From: Spirochaetia bacterium
Lineage (GTDB): Bacteria > Spirochaetota > Spirochaetia > SZUA-6 > Bin103
Direction of reading: 5' to 3'
DNA length: 64,000 bases
Assembly: GCA_965208575.1 (NCBI GenBank)
Contig: CBDBOV010000002.1
Location: 544,001-608,000 of the forward strand
Below the pieces are notes generated by a model that saw only the letters and a program-made list of their open reading frames with translations, was not told where the DNA came from and made no database searches. Each line of letters starts with the position of its first letter. Position 1 is the stretch's first letter. The position numbers and the translations under genes are program-made. Positions 40,158 to 49,828 of the stretch are shown piece by piece.

Positions 40158-41380
40158 GCCCCTACTCTACACCCACCCCGGCCCCGTGACGACGCCGGCA
40201 GGGCGGGAACATCAGACGCGGTAGCCTTGGACCTATGGTGGACGATGCGCGAGGCAACCTGCCGTCCCGACAGATAGCGAACATGAAGAGAATCGGAAAA
40301 GCGCGGCGTGCACCCCTTGAGGCGACGTGCGGGCTCCTATTGGCTCGCCGTGTTGCGCGCCGGCCCTCCGACTGCCCGGAAACGACTTGGCCTCCTCATG
40401 CACGACAGCACCCGCCGGGCGACCCTCCAGGCGGCGCTTCAACACCACGAGGACTGGGTGAAGTCGGTTATCTTTAATCCCATGTTATACTTACGATGTG
40501 CTTGATACGCTTTCTCCCGCTATATAGTCCACCGTCGCCGTGCTCCCCGATTACCTCCTCCTGGCGCAGAACACCACCGCGCCCGGCACAAGCAGCCACT
40601 GCCGATCCTGGTCTTCGACCACCAGCGCGAGATTGAGGCGCCCCCCTCCACCTGACCCGCGAATACCTTAGCCTGTTCGATTACGCGATCATAGGGTCTA
40701 ATTGTAAGTAAAATAAAGGGTTACACGCTTATCCAAGTTTGCCGTTATTGCTTTCGCAACCCCTTGGTGGTTTCCGAACATCCTTGATTCGCTTTGGTGT
40801 GGTGCCGTGACACGCGCGGAGCCGGTCATCGAGACCGTGGACCGCTCGGCCACCGCCGCACCAACGTCCCTGACCTGCTCTCACGCAGCTTGGGATTCCG
40901 TCAAGACGGTAGACATGAACGTTGCGACGGTGACGCCGAGCCGGGCGGCGTGTGCAGCGCCAAAGGTACGGACCGGCGCACGCATCATCCTCGCTTCTGG
41001 CCGGACGGCCCTAATCATCGCAAGACGTTGTCGATGAAGCCATCGACGAGAATGAGGAGGCCGTATCGCTCACAACGCCCCGAACGCGCGCATCGCCGAC
41101 ACAGCGGTCGCCCGCCAAACGGTATGCACTCTACTACCTGGCTACCGGTCCAATCGATTCGGGTCCACCGCACCTTCGAACAGCGCCTCGATCACTGCCG
41201 CCGCCATCACCGTCTCACGCTAGGTCGGCCACGATCACCACCGGCGCCGCCCCCCGGCGCCGCCGCGCCGCTGACTACGGCCCTCCGTCAGCGGCGGCCC
41301 ACCTCACTCCCAATCAGAGGGCTGCCAACCGCCTCGGCATTCTCACCTTGATTGTCGCTGCGTTCTCATCTTGGTTGTCG

Positions 41381-43379
41381 TCGCGCCAGGCCAAGCCTGG
41401 GGAAGGAGGAAGATGAAATAGACATCAGAAACCTTTCTTAGCCACCCCGTGGGTAGCCAATCCCATCCGGTAAAGCATAGCAAGCAGCCGGAAGCGAGTC
41501 TTGCGTCGGCAGGGGCGACCCTGAGGGCGAAGCGTAGACAGCGACCGCAGAAGCCGTGTGATTGAGCCTCGAAAGGAGAAAGCTCGCTGGGGCCTTCGTA
41601 GTCGACAATGCGGGGGCAGCACCGTACGTGCCGAAATGGCGAGGCACGGCGGCCCGGTCGGGGTCGGAGAGCAGGGCAGATGCGGAGCGGGTGGCCCAGG
41701 AACCTGGGAGAGCTCGATGTCTCCATGACGGGAGAGCCGGAGGGACGCCGGCACACCAACGTCCGGGCCTGCACGGGAGAGCGCCCGTGAACGTGCAGGA
41801 GCGAAGCAGCGGGTGCGGTCGTGGTACCGCCAAGCGAAGGCAACGAAGCGCGGCGGGAAGGGCAACGAGCAGTCTTAGCGCCCCCATAGTACCGAGGAAG
41901 CGGGGGAACGGTCGCCGCACCGGACCCGGCGGAGGGAAGGAGGGCGTCAAGTCGTAGAACTGGTGCGGGGAAACATGGAGGATGCGATGGAATCCGGGAA
42001 CGTGTTAACGAAACAGCAGCAGATAGCAGAGAACGCGAGAATCCACGCCGGCGTGGCATTCACGTCGCTGGCGTATCACATGGATCTGGAGTGGCTGTAC
42101 GAAGCCTACCGGCGTACCCGGAAGGATGGTGCAGTTGGAGTTGACGAACAGACTGCCGAGCAGTACGGGGAGAACCTGGAGCAGAATTTGAAATCACTGC
42201 TGGAGCGGGCGAAGGCGGGAACGTACCGCGCGCCGCCGGTAAGGCGGGCGCACATTCCGAAAGGGAAGGGCGGAGAAACCCGCCCGATCGGGATACCGAC
42301 CTTCGAGGACAAGGTACTTCAGCGGGCGGTACAGATGCTGCTTGAGCCCCTGTACGAGCGAGACTTTCTAAGCTGTGCACACGGCTTTCGCCCGAAGCGA
42401 TCGCCGCACACGGCGCTGCAAGCACTCTGGGACCAGATGATGGGTCAAGGGGGCGGTTGGGTGATAGACCTGGACATACGAAAGTATTTCGACACGCTGT
42501 CACACGCTACCATGCGCACGATTCTGGCACAGCGGATGCGAGATGGAGTGATCACACGATTGATCGGAAAATGGCTAAAGGCAGGGGTCATGGAAGATGG
42601 CTCAGTGACCTACCCGGAGCAGGGGACACCGCAAGGTGGCGTACTATCGCCGTTGCTCAGCAATGTTTATCTGCACGAGGTACTCGACCGATGGTTCTAT
42701 GAGGTGGTCCGACCGCGCCTGCGGGGGCGGGCGTTCCTGGTGCGTTTTGCGGACGATGCGGTACTGACGTTCAGCGACCGGCGCGATGCCGAGAACGTGC
42801 TGCGCGTGTTACCAAAGCGCTTCGCGAAGTACGGGTTGACCGTGCACGAGGAAAAGACACGGATGCTTCAGTTTCGACCGCCGGGAGGGAACGCGACAGC
42901 CCACCACGGGGCGAGTTTTCCATTCTTGGGATTCACGCACTATTGGGGGCGCTCGCGCAACGGGAAGTGGATCGTGAAGCGGAAAACCGCCTCCGACCGG
43001 CTGACCCGTGCGTTACGAGCACTCGCCGTGTGGTGTAAGCGCCATCGGCACGAGCCTCTGCGGGCGCAGCAAGCGGCCCTCCGGCGCAAGCTGCTGGGCC
43101 ACTATGGGTATTACGGCATTACCGGCAATGGGCGCTCGTTGGGGTACTTCCACGACGCCGCCAAGCGCCTCTGGTTGAAGTGGCTGAACCGGCGCGGTGG
43201 ACGACGCCTCACGTGGGCCTGCTTTGCGCGGTTGCTGGCCCGATATCCGCTGCCGGCCGTTCGTGTCGTCCAGTCCATCTATGCAGCGAACTCTACGACC
43301 TGAGGAACCGTGTGCGTCAATCGCGCTCGCACGGGACTGTGGGGGCCTGGGGCGGGCAACCGCCCTGGGCTACCCGGAC
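41381..43379 (+). mobile_element. Group II intron, endonuclease-minus (bacterial class E/F-like)
   Basis: RT ORF followed immediately by domain V (GAACCGTGTGCG..CGCACGG..) and domain VI ending ..CTACCCGGAC. 5' end at about 41381 (TCGCGCCAGG..CCTGG) is uncertain by a few nt. Confidence 0.85.
41963..43303 (+). CDS. ltrA: Group II intron reverse transcriptase/maturase
   Basis: AVGVD, RPIGIPTFEDK, HGFRPKRS, DLDIRKYFD, GTPQGGVLSPLLSNVYL, RFADD, FLGF, domain X GHYGYYG. No HNH domain. Start may be 41975 or 41987. Confidence 0.93.
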   Translation: MRGNMEDAMESGNVLTKQQQIAENARIHAGVAFTSLAYHMDLEWLYEAYRRTRKDGAVGVDEQTAEQYGENLEQNLKSLLERAKAGTYRAPPVRRAHIPKGKGGETRPIGIPTFEDKVLQRAVQMLLEPLYERDFLSCAHGFRPKRSPHTALQALWDQMMGQGGGWVIDLDIRKYFDTLSHATMRTILAQRMRDGVITRLIGKWLKAGVMEDGSVTYPEQGTPQGGVLSPLLSNVYLHEVLDRWFYEVVRPRLRGRAFLVRFADDAVLTFSDRRDAENVLRVLPKRFAKYGLTVHEEKTRMLQFRPPGGNATAHHGASFPFLGFTHYWGRSRNGKWIVKRKTASDRLTRALRALAVWCKRHRHEPLRAQQAALRRKLLGHYGYYGITGNGRSLGYFHDAAKRLWLKWLNRRGGRRLTWACFARLLARYPLPAVRVVQSIYAANSTT

Positions 43380-43532
43380 TCGCCACTGCAGCCTCGGGAT
43401 GCACGATCTCCGGTTGCGCCCTGCGCGCAACTCTGCGCGTCCGTGACCAGTCTCTCTCGACCGCCCTCCGCGCCCTCGAAACTGCCGGTCGCATCACCCG
43501 CACACCGCATGGCTGGTCCGCGGTGCAATAGC

Positions 43533-43585
43533 TGTTTCCCGTTTCCCTTCCTTACCGATCGCGGAAACGAGAAACACGGGAAACA
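43533..43585. repeat. Inverted repeat after the short ORF remnant that forms the intron 3' exon
   Basis: TGTTTCCCGT (43533-43542) / ACGGGAAACA (43576-43585). Confidence 0.6.
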
Positions 43586-43666
43586 CCCACCCCCTCGCTC
43601 CTTCCTGTCCAATCCTGTCCCTCGAATTACTCGATCAACGTCCCATCAATCAGCCCGAGCGCTCTT

Positions 43667-44613
43667 ATCGGGCGCGCATCGACGCCGCCACCTACGAACT
43701 GCTGTGCCATCTGCGCGAGTTCGACCGCCGCTATGGTTGGGAGGGGTTCCGCTCTTGCGCCCACTGGCTCAACTACCGCACCGGCCTCGACCTTGACGCC
43801 GCGCGCGAGAAACTGCGCGTCGCCGGCGCGATGGCCGGCGGGCTCGATCCGGGCAACTCCGCCGACCGCTTCCAGGTGACGGTGCACGTGCAGGCGGACA
43901 CCCTCGCCTCCCGCGAAGCCGCCGATGAGGTGCGGCGCGTTTCCGCGGAAACGCGGGTGGCCAACCTCGCGCAGAAAGGGCCGGCCAGTGCCACGGCAGC
44001 CCGACGCCGCACACTTCCGTTAGCAAGCCGGGCGGCCAACCCGGGGGACACGGTACCGCCCAGCACCAAAGCAGACGCCGCGCCGCACGTTGCCGCGGAA
44101 ACCCGATCGGCCGGCTCGATAGCGTCGGAGTCGCCCACCACGGTAGCGGACGCGGGGCGGCCACTCCGCAATACGCGAACCTGGAACAGCCGCAGCGAAG
44201 TGACAGCCGACACGTCGCCGCGAGGTTGCGCGGCATCCGCAGCTCGGCCGCCGTTCCACGATGGGTCCGCACGACACAGCGGCGGCGGCGCCGAGCTTCC
44301 GCCAACTCCGGAGCCGGCGTCGGCACCACCGGTCGCTACGGCGGTAACGAGGACGCCGTCGCCAATCGTTCTGGCGGCGAACCTCGCCGCGCCGTGCTCG
44401 GGTCGGATCAACTCGATGGTGCGGAAGCGGAAACGTGGCAGGTGAGCGAAGAGGCGGACGGGGTGCGAGTTGGATGACCGATCTGGACGCCGGCCAAGCG
44501 GCCATCGAGCAGGCGGGCAGCCTCCACGTGGGCAGGGACGCGGCCCGCCGCGTGGCCTGCGATGCCGGCCTCGTGGTGCTTAGCCACGGCGCCGATGGCG
44601 AGGTTCTGGACGT
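43667..44613 (+). pseudogene. Decayed second DUF222/HNH gene copy
   Basis: Segments match about 13443-13612, 14029-14100 and 14296-14423. Internal deletion, and the HNH part is absent. Confidence 0.85.
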
Positions 44614-44800
44614 ACGCATATGCCTTCCGCCTGTTTGTTCACCTTCGGCGCCGAGCGTCTCGGCATCAGACCGTCGGCGCTTCACCTCGAACATCTCGAC
44701 GCCGCGCTCATCGTCGCTTTCCTGACCCACTTCGAAGTGGATCGTGGCGGCAGCCCAGCCAGCCGCAACGTCCGACTGGCGGCGGTGAAAGCCCTCATGT
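44613..44800 (+). pseudogene. Tyrosine recombinase (RitC-like) N-terminal fragment
   Basis: YAYAFRL/FTFGAERLGIRPSALHLEHLDAALIVAFLTHFEVDRGGSPASRNVRLAAVK. Confidence 0.7.
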
Positions 44801-44880
44801 CCCGATGCGGCCCCTCATACCACCCGCCCGCCAACCGTCAAGCACGAGCTACTCGACGTCACCTGTGATAGAATTCCGGT

Positions 44881-45105
44881 GTGCCGTCATTCGCCCGCGA
44901 TACACGCCCCGCAGCCGAGCGGTTTCAGACCGAGGTGTATCGCAGAATGGATCCGGCGCGGAGATACTCCGTTGGTGCAGAACTCAGCGACAGCGTCAGA
45001 GACATAGCTCTTGCGGGCCTCCGCGAGCGCTTGCGGGGCGCTACGGAGGGAGCGCTGCTACGGCGCTACGTGCTTGAGCTCTGGGGCGTGAGCGTCGAGG
45101 AATGA
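44881..45105 (+). CDS. Small helical protein, putative antitoxin partner of the downstream nucleotidyltransferase
   Basis: TAGAAT 6 nt upstream of GTG, DTRPAAERFQTEVYRRMDPARR, ATGA overlap with the next gene. Confidence 0.6.
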   Translation: MPSFARDTRPAAERFQTEVYRRMDPARRYSVGAELSDSVRDIALAGLRERLRGATEGALLRRYVLELWGVSVEE

Positions 45106-45671
45106 AGAGCCAAGCCGAGTTTCTCGGCGAAATCGCATCGCTGCTGGACGAGGCCCAGGTGCGATACATGGTTACCGGGTCAATCGCCAGCACGTACCAC
45201 GGCAGACCGCGCGCCACCCAAGATGTCGACGTGGTCGTGGCGACCAACCGCGATCACCTCATCGCTTTCGTTCGCGCCTGCGCTGCCCGTGGGTTCTACG
45301 TGGACGCTGAAGACGCCAAGGACGCCCTGGAACATCGCTCGATCTTCAACGTAATCGACGCTTCCAGCGGCTACAAGGTTGACATCATTGTCCGCAAGGA
45401 TCGGCCGTTCAGCGTCGAGGAGTTCTCGCGGCGGCGCCGGGTGGAGTTGCCAACGTTCGTCGTCTCCATGGTCACCGCGGAAGACGCCATCCTCAGCAAG
45501 CTTGAATGGAGTCAGGCCGGCGGCTCGGATCGTCAGTATCAGGATGCGGTGGGAATCGCCTTGTCCCAGGGCGATCTGCTCGACCTCGCGTATCTCCGGC
45601 GGTGGGCAGTCGAACTCGGTGTGGAGAGTGAACTCCGTCGGCTCCTCGCCGAACGTGAACGGCACCGGTAG
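45102..45671 (+). CDS. Pol-beta-type nucleotidyltransferase (AbiEii/DUF6036-like)
   Basis: YMVTGSIAS..HGRPRATQDVDVVV (GS..DxD), KVDII, AEDAILSKL, LDLAYLRRWA. Confidence 0.75.
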   Translation: MKSQAEFLGEIASLLDEAQVRYMVTGSIASTYHGRPRATQDVDVVVATNRDHLIAFVRACAARGFYVDAEDAKDALEHRSIFNVIDASSGYKVDIIVRKDRPFSVEEFSRRRRVELPTFVVSMVTAEDAILSKLEWSQAGGSDRQYQDAVGIALSQGDLLDLAYLRRWAVELGVESELRRLLAERERHR

Positions 45672-46164
45672 CGAAAGCGAACGGAACGACACCGGACCGA
45701 ACCAGGTCACGGATGCGTGCCGTGTGCCGTGCAGCAAACCCGCCGGGAGGTCAGGCGTGTCGCGGCTGCACTTGGCCGACCGCGAGCAACGACTCCACGC
45801 AGTCGCGCAGCGACTCGTCGAATCGGCGGAACCGTACTCAGGTCACCGCGCGGACGCGGTCGTTGCGGCGGCTGATCGCCTCGAGGCCGTGCCGCTCGAC
45901 CGACCACGCCAGGTAGCGATCGCCGCTGCGCACCTGAACGCTTTCCAGCAGGCCGATGCGACAGTCGGCGTTGTCGCGCACGTCGACCGGCATCCACGGC
46001 CGGCGGGATCGGTTCTGCGGATATTTCCCCTGCGGCATCATCGCGACCTGGCTCTGCCACGGCCCTATCGCCTTCCGGGGCGGTCCTCACAGGGCCAACC
46101 AGCGGATTGTGCTCCGCCGCCGTGTCCGACGCCGTAGCTGCGCCCGGGAGTGAGATGAGATCGA

Positions 46165-46412
46165 TTACTCCGCGAACAGGTCGGCAGGCGATCCGGTTCG
46201 GACCAACCGCAACTCATTGCCCACGACGCGGTAGATCAACAGCCAGTCAGGCTCGATGTGAGCCTCCGGATACCCCTTCCAGATCCCACGGAGTGGATGG
46301 TCGAGATGGCGTGCGGTCAACGGCTGCTGCTCGATCAGCGACCACAGAAGCGCTCGCAGCCTGGTCAGGTCCCGACCTCGCCTGGCAGCCCGCCGCCGTA
46401 GGTCGCCGATTC
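46165..46412 (-). pseudogene. yafQ: YafQ mRNA interferase, 5'-truncated
   Basis: DHPLRGIWKGYPEAHIEPDWLLIY..RLVRTGSPADLF. The conserved His of TG(S/T)H is replaced by Pro, and no dinJ partner is present. Confidence 0.75.
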
Positions 46413-46414
46413 GT

Positions 46415-47233
46415 GACGCCGAAACGCCGATTGTACTCATGTTGAGCGACCACAGGGAGCTGTTCCACGACGAACCAATTCAAGTGTTGCCCCTGAACCT
46501 TCTGACGGGCAACGAAATCGAATACCACGGAGTTCAAGCAAGCCGCTAGAAGCCATACTTGTTCACGGTAGGCGGTAATCTGCTCGGGGAGTGGTAAGAG
46601 CAACGGTAGGGTATTGCCGAAGCCAGCCCGCGGCACCATACACGCAATCATGGTGCGTATGTTCGTCGGCGCGGTAACGTCCTTGAATGCCACCGCCCAA
46701 CCGAGATTCGCGGGCCAGTCAGACCCGTCCGCTGGAGTCCAAAACTGCGGCTCGGGGAGCCAGTCGGGGTCGGCGTGTTGCTCCGGCGTAGCCTCTCGTG
46801 GTTGGGCGGGACGGTTCAGATTGTTCGGGTTGACGACGACGCTGGCGGCCCGGTGGTCGAATGCCTGGACCATCTTGCCCTCGTACAGCGGAAGGCAAAG
46901 CTCGTCACCCTTCTTCCATCGGTTGCCGGAAACACGGTAGAACCCGTCGGCGTCGAGTTGCGCGGCGGTCCGAAACAGTCCCGAGTCATTGGTCATGTGG
47001 AACATGGTGTGGTAGCGAACCGGCCAGGCTCGGCGCTCCTCGCTACCTGACCGGTCGACCAGCACGGGATGGTTCTCGTAGATGCGGCGAGTGATGTCGG
47101 CGTCGCGGCGGGTCCGGAACACCGGAGCGGTGCCGGTGTTGGGGTTGACGCGGGAGAAGTCGCTCGGCGTCAGCGGGAAACAACGCTCGGGATCGTCCAC
47201 GTCCCGGGTGTCGTGCAGGAAGAAGGCGCACAT
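46415..47233 (-). pseudogene. Internal fragment of a large type IIG / DrmMI-like N6-adenine methyltransferase
   Basis: RVNPNTGTAPVFRTRRDA, MFHMTNDSGLF, LPLYEGKMVQAFDHR, FKDVTAPTNIRT, LNSVVFDFVARQK..EQLPV. Catalytic N-terminus is absent. Confidence 0.75.
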
Positions 47234-47282
47234 GGTTTGGTCGAACTGGCGTTCGTCGCCGCCTCAGCCACACCGCCGCCGG

Positions 47283-47773
47283 GGCGATACCCTGCCGCCC
47301 TCCAAACGTGCGACGGCAGACTGGGTTGTGCCAAGGCGACGGGCGATCTCTGCTTGTGTCAGCTTTGCCGTCATGCGGGCGCGCACCAACGCCTCGATCA
47401 GCTTGAACTCATCATCAGCTCGCGCGTACTCCTCCCGGAACTCAGGGTTCTCCATGAGGCTCTTCTTCATACGTTCCCTGGCGGTCACAAGCGCCCGCCG
47501 AGGCGTTTTCCGTGACTTCTTTGCGAACACATGCAGAACCACCACCCGTCGTTCCGCTGCCGTCACTTAGATCCCTCTGGCGATTCCTCCCTCGGCTCTG
47601 ACCCGCAGCTCCCAGAGCTTGCCGTCGAGATGCTTGACGTGCGGAGCGGGAAGTGCCTCCAGGCCGAGGTTCTCTACCGTCTTTAGCAGACGGACCAACC
47701 GCGCGCTCAATTTCAACGGCAGGGCCTTGATCTCGGCTTCGACGGCTGCAACAGTCTCAACCGTCTAGCCCAT
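47283..47773 (-). pseudogene. Inverted, inactivated copy of the 36933-37543 RelE/XRE module
   Basis: Reverse complement of about 36933-37458. Codon 3 TGG>TAG, a second stop, a 35-bp deletion and a 3' truncation. Confidence 0.9.
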
Positions 47774-47974
47774 TTCCCGCGCACAGCCAGCGACCGATAA
47801 TGCCGCGTTCGGTCGATCCAGCCTGCGGCTTCGCTCGCGGGCCACGCGTTCCCCAGCGCGGTCAGTACGCTCAGCAGCGCCAGCGGCGTCGCTTCGGCGG
47901 TGGCCTCGGGTTGCCGTTGCGTGGGGTGACGTGACCTGTTCCACTGGAAGGTAGAAAACACGCCTTTCATGGAA

Positions 47975-48199
47975 TCAAACAGGAGGCGTTGTCGACCTCC
48001 CAATGAGCCGCTCCAGGCGGAGAGAGATAACCGCAAGCAGTGATGCGTTGATTTTCATCTGATGGAACAGAAGAAGTGTTGAATCTTCATGACGGGCTTC
48101 GGTCAAGAGCCTTCCAACTTCAAGCGCGGATGCCTTTATCTGCCCATCCAGCTTGATAATATCTTCGCTGATTTTGAGTTCATCTTGCGGTGACATCAT
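47975..48199 (-). CDS. Hypothetical small protein, AT-rich
   Basis: Strong RBS AGGAGGAG upstream, protein-like composition, no recognised motif. Confidence 0.5.
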   Translation of the reverse strand: MMSPQDELKISEDIIKLDGQIKASALEVGRLLTEARHEDSTLLLFHQMKINASLLAVISLRLERLIGRSTTPPV

Positions 48200-48403
48200 A
48201 TGATTCTCCTCCTATTTCGATTCGCGGGGCATCACTACCGCTGTCCCGAATAGAGCCTATTAGTGGAGTGAATCGTCAGGCGATAGCCGGCGGTCAGGCC
48301 CCGAATCAGCCATCCAACAGCACGTAGGTCGCCCCTACTTCGGCACCCACTGGGCGGGCAGCGGTGATGGTCCGGCGCAGATTCGGGTGCTCGGCGCAGC
48401 GAT

Positions 48404-48697
48404 TCATTCCTCATGCTCGGCCTCCGGCTTAACGAGTACCGGGAACGAGGGCGCCGATGCGGCAGGCGTACCGTTCGCTGGCGGGCGCCACGGGCCGGTC
48501 AGCATGCCCTCGATGCGCGCCACGCGGTCACTCAGTACGTGGAGGTCTCGGCGCACTTCGCCCACGTCGATGCGGAGCGTGTCTATCTCGCGGCGCAGGG
48601 CCGCCCCTTGCGCACGGATCACCGGCACCAGAACGGCCAGCAGCGCGGCCACTGCTCCCACCGCGCCGAACAGTACGGTAACTCCGTCCGTCATGAT
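48404..48697 (-). CDS. Small protein with N-terminal TM helix and coiled coil
   Basis: VTVLFGAVGAVAALLAVLVPVI, then LRREIDTLRIDVGEVRRDLHVLSDRVARIEG. TATGCT lies 7 nt upstream of the ATG. Confidence 0.65.
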   Translation of the reverse strand: MMTDGVTVLFGAVGAVAALLAVLVPVIRAQGAALRREIDTLRIDVGEVRRDLHVLSDRVARIEGMLTGPWRPPANGTPAASAPSFPVLVKPEAEHEE

Positions 48698-48895
48698 GAT
48701 GAGCATACTACATCCGAGAAGGCCCGGTATCCAGGAACTGTCTACCCGGCGCTGGCTGCGCAGATAGCCGCCCCGTACTACTGGAGCTCCGCCGCGTCAC
48801 GCCGCTTCAGGACAGTAACCGCCACGCTGCTCGGTGAGCCGGTCACTCTCGTGCCGGGCCTCCCCTGTCAGGCGGCGTGGCCGCCTGCTATTCCG

Positions 48896-49215
48896 TCACT
48901 CCTGGGCCAGATCGTAGATGACCTGCATCCGCATCCAGTGTTCTGCGTCGCTCCAACCTATCCGCTCCAGCGCGAGCACCAGCGACGCTGATACGCCGGC
49001 GTGGCCGTTCAGCACCCGCGACAGCGCCACCCGACCCATGCCCAACCGTTCGCCGTCTCCTGTAGCCCTCTGTGCTTGATCTGCACGTCGCCATCCACCG
49101 ATTCCACGATCCCGGCGGTGGTCGACCGCCTGCCCGATCCGGAACGATTCAGGAGCGGCCGTCGGTGCGACGGCGGACAATCCAATCTGCGAGGTGGCAG
49201 AATATGGATGGCGAT
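48896..49215 (-). pseudogene. HigA/VapI antitoxin pseudogene
   Basis: RLGMGRVALSRVLNGHAGVS..LALERIGWSDAEHWMRMQ..YDL. 5' part is frameshifted. Confidence 0.7.
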
Positions 49216-49234
49216 GCTAACGGCTTGGCCGAGA

Positions 49235-49660
49235 CCTAAGCCGAAGTTCCAGAGCGGGAATCTTGTTAATTCGTTATTGATCTGAAAATTGCGCTCAACA
49301 GCCGATGTCCGTTACTGGCTACACTTGGGCGCTGACCTCCAGGAGATCGAAACAGCGCTGCTGCAGCGCGGTCGGTTCGCTGTGCATGGTGAACGTGGCG
49401 CCGCTGTCCACCATCCGCACGCGGTTGGCCGTCAGCGTCCCCAACAGCCGGCGGCGGTACACAGCACTCAGCGGGGCGCTGTGCTTGCCACTGGCGTCCG
49501 GCTGCTGCACGTTTGTTCGAACGGGACGGAGACGGGAAGCAATGCTCGACGCGAAGTCACTACACACTGGGCGGTCTGAGCATCGACCGAGTCTGGAAGC
49601 TGCGGAAACGGTGTTCGAGGCCAAGCGGACCGGCCTCGCCAGGCGATCTCGCCGATGGCC
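49235..49660 (-). mobile_element. IS1634-like transposase 3' remnant with element end
   Basis: LGTLTANRVRM..TFTMHSEPTALQQRCFDLLEV, HRFRSFQT fragment, end sequence GGAACTTCGGCTTAGG. Confidence 0.55.
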
Positions 49661-49828
49661 GGTTGTGGAATGAACCCATGGTCGGGAGTGGGTGCCGGAG
49701 GTTCCGATGCGGTCGCCCCGGCGGCGCGGCGGCCCGCCAGCCCGTCGGCGGACGGAGCGCGTGGCGTTGACCGGAGGGGCGGCAGCGGTTGTAATGGCAG
49801 GTGGCGGTGCGCCGTGGCGGGGAGGGCG

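Noticed and set aside
40230-41380. Possible structured ncRNA or tRNA at the island edge
   Set aside because: No cloverleaf, T-loop or known riboswitch motif was found by eye. An Rfam/tRNAscan-SE search is needed to exclude it.
41963-43303. DGR, retron or defence-type reverse transcriptase
   Set aside because: It has group II domain X and is followed directly by domains V and VI. No Avd, no TR/VR pair and no msr-msd were seen. The ppk copies are not restricted to adenine changes.
45700-46150. Possible gene remnant on the minus strand
   Set aside because: Several short ORFs, none with a recognisable motif.
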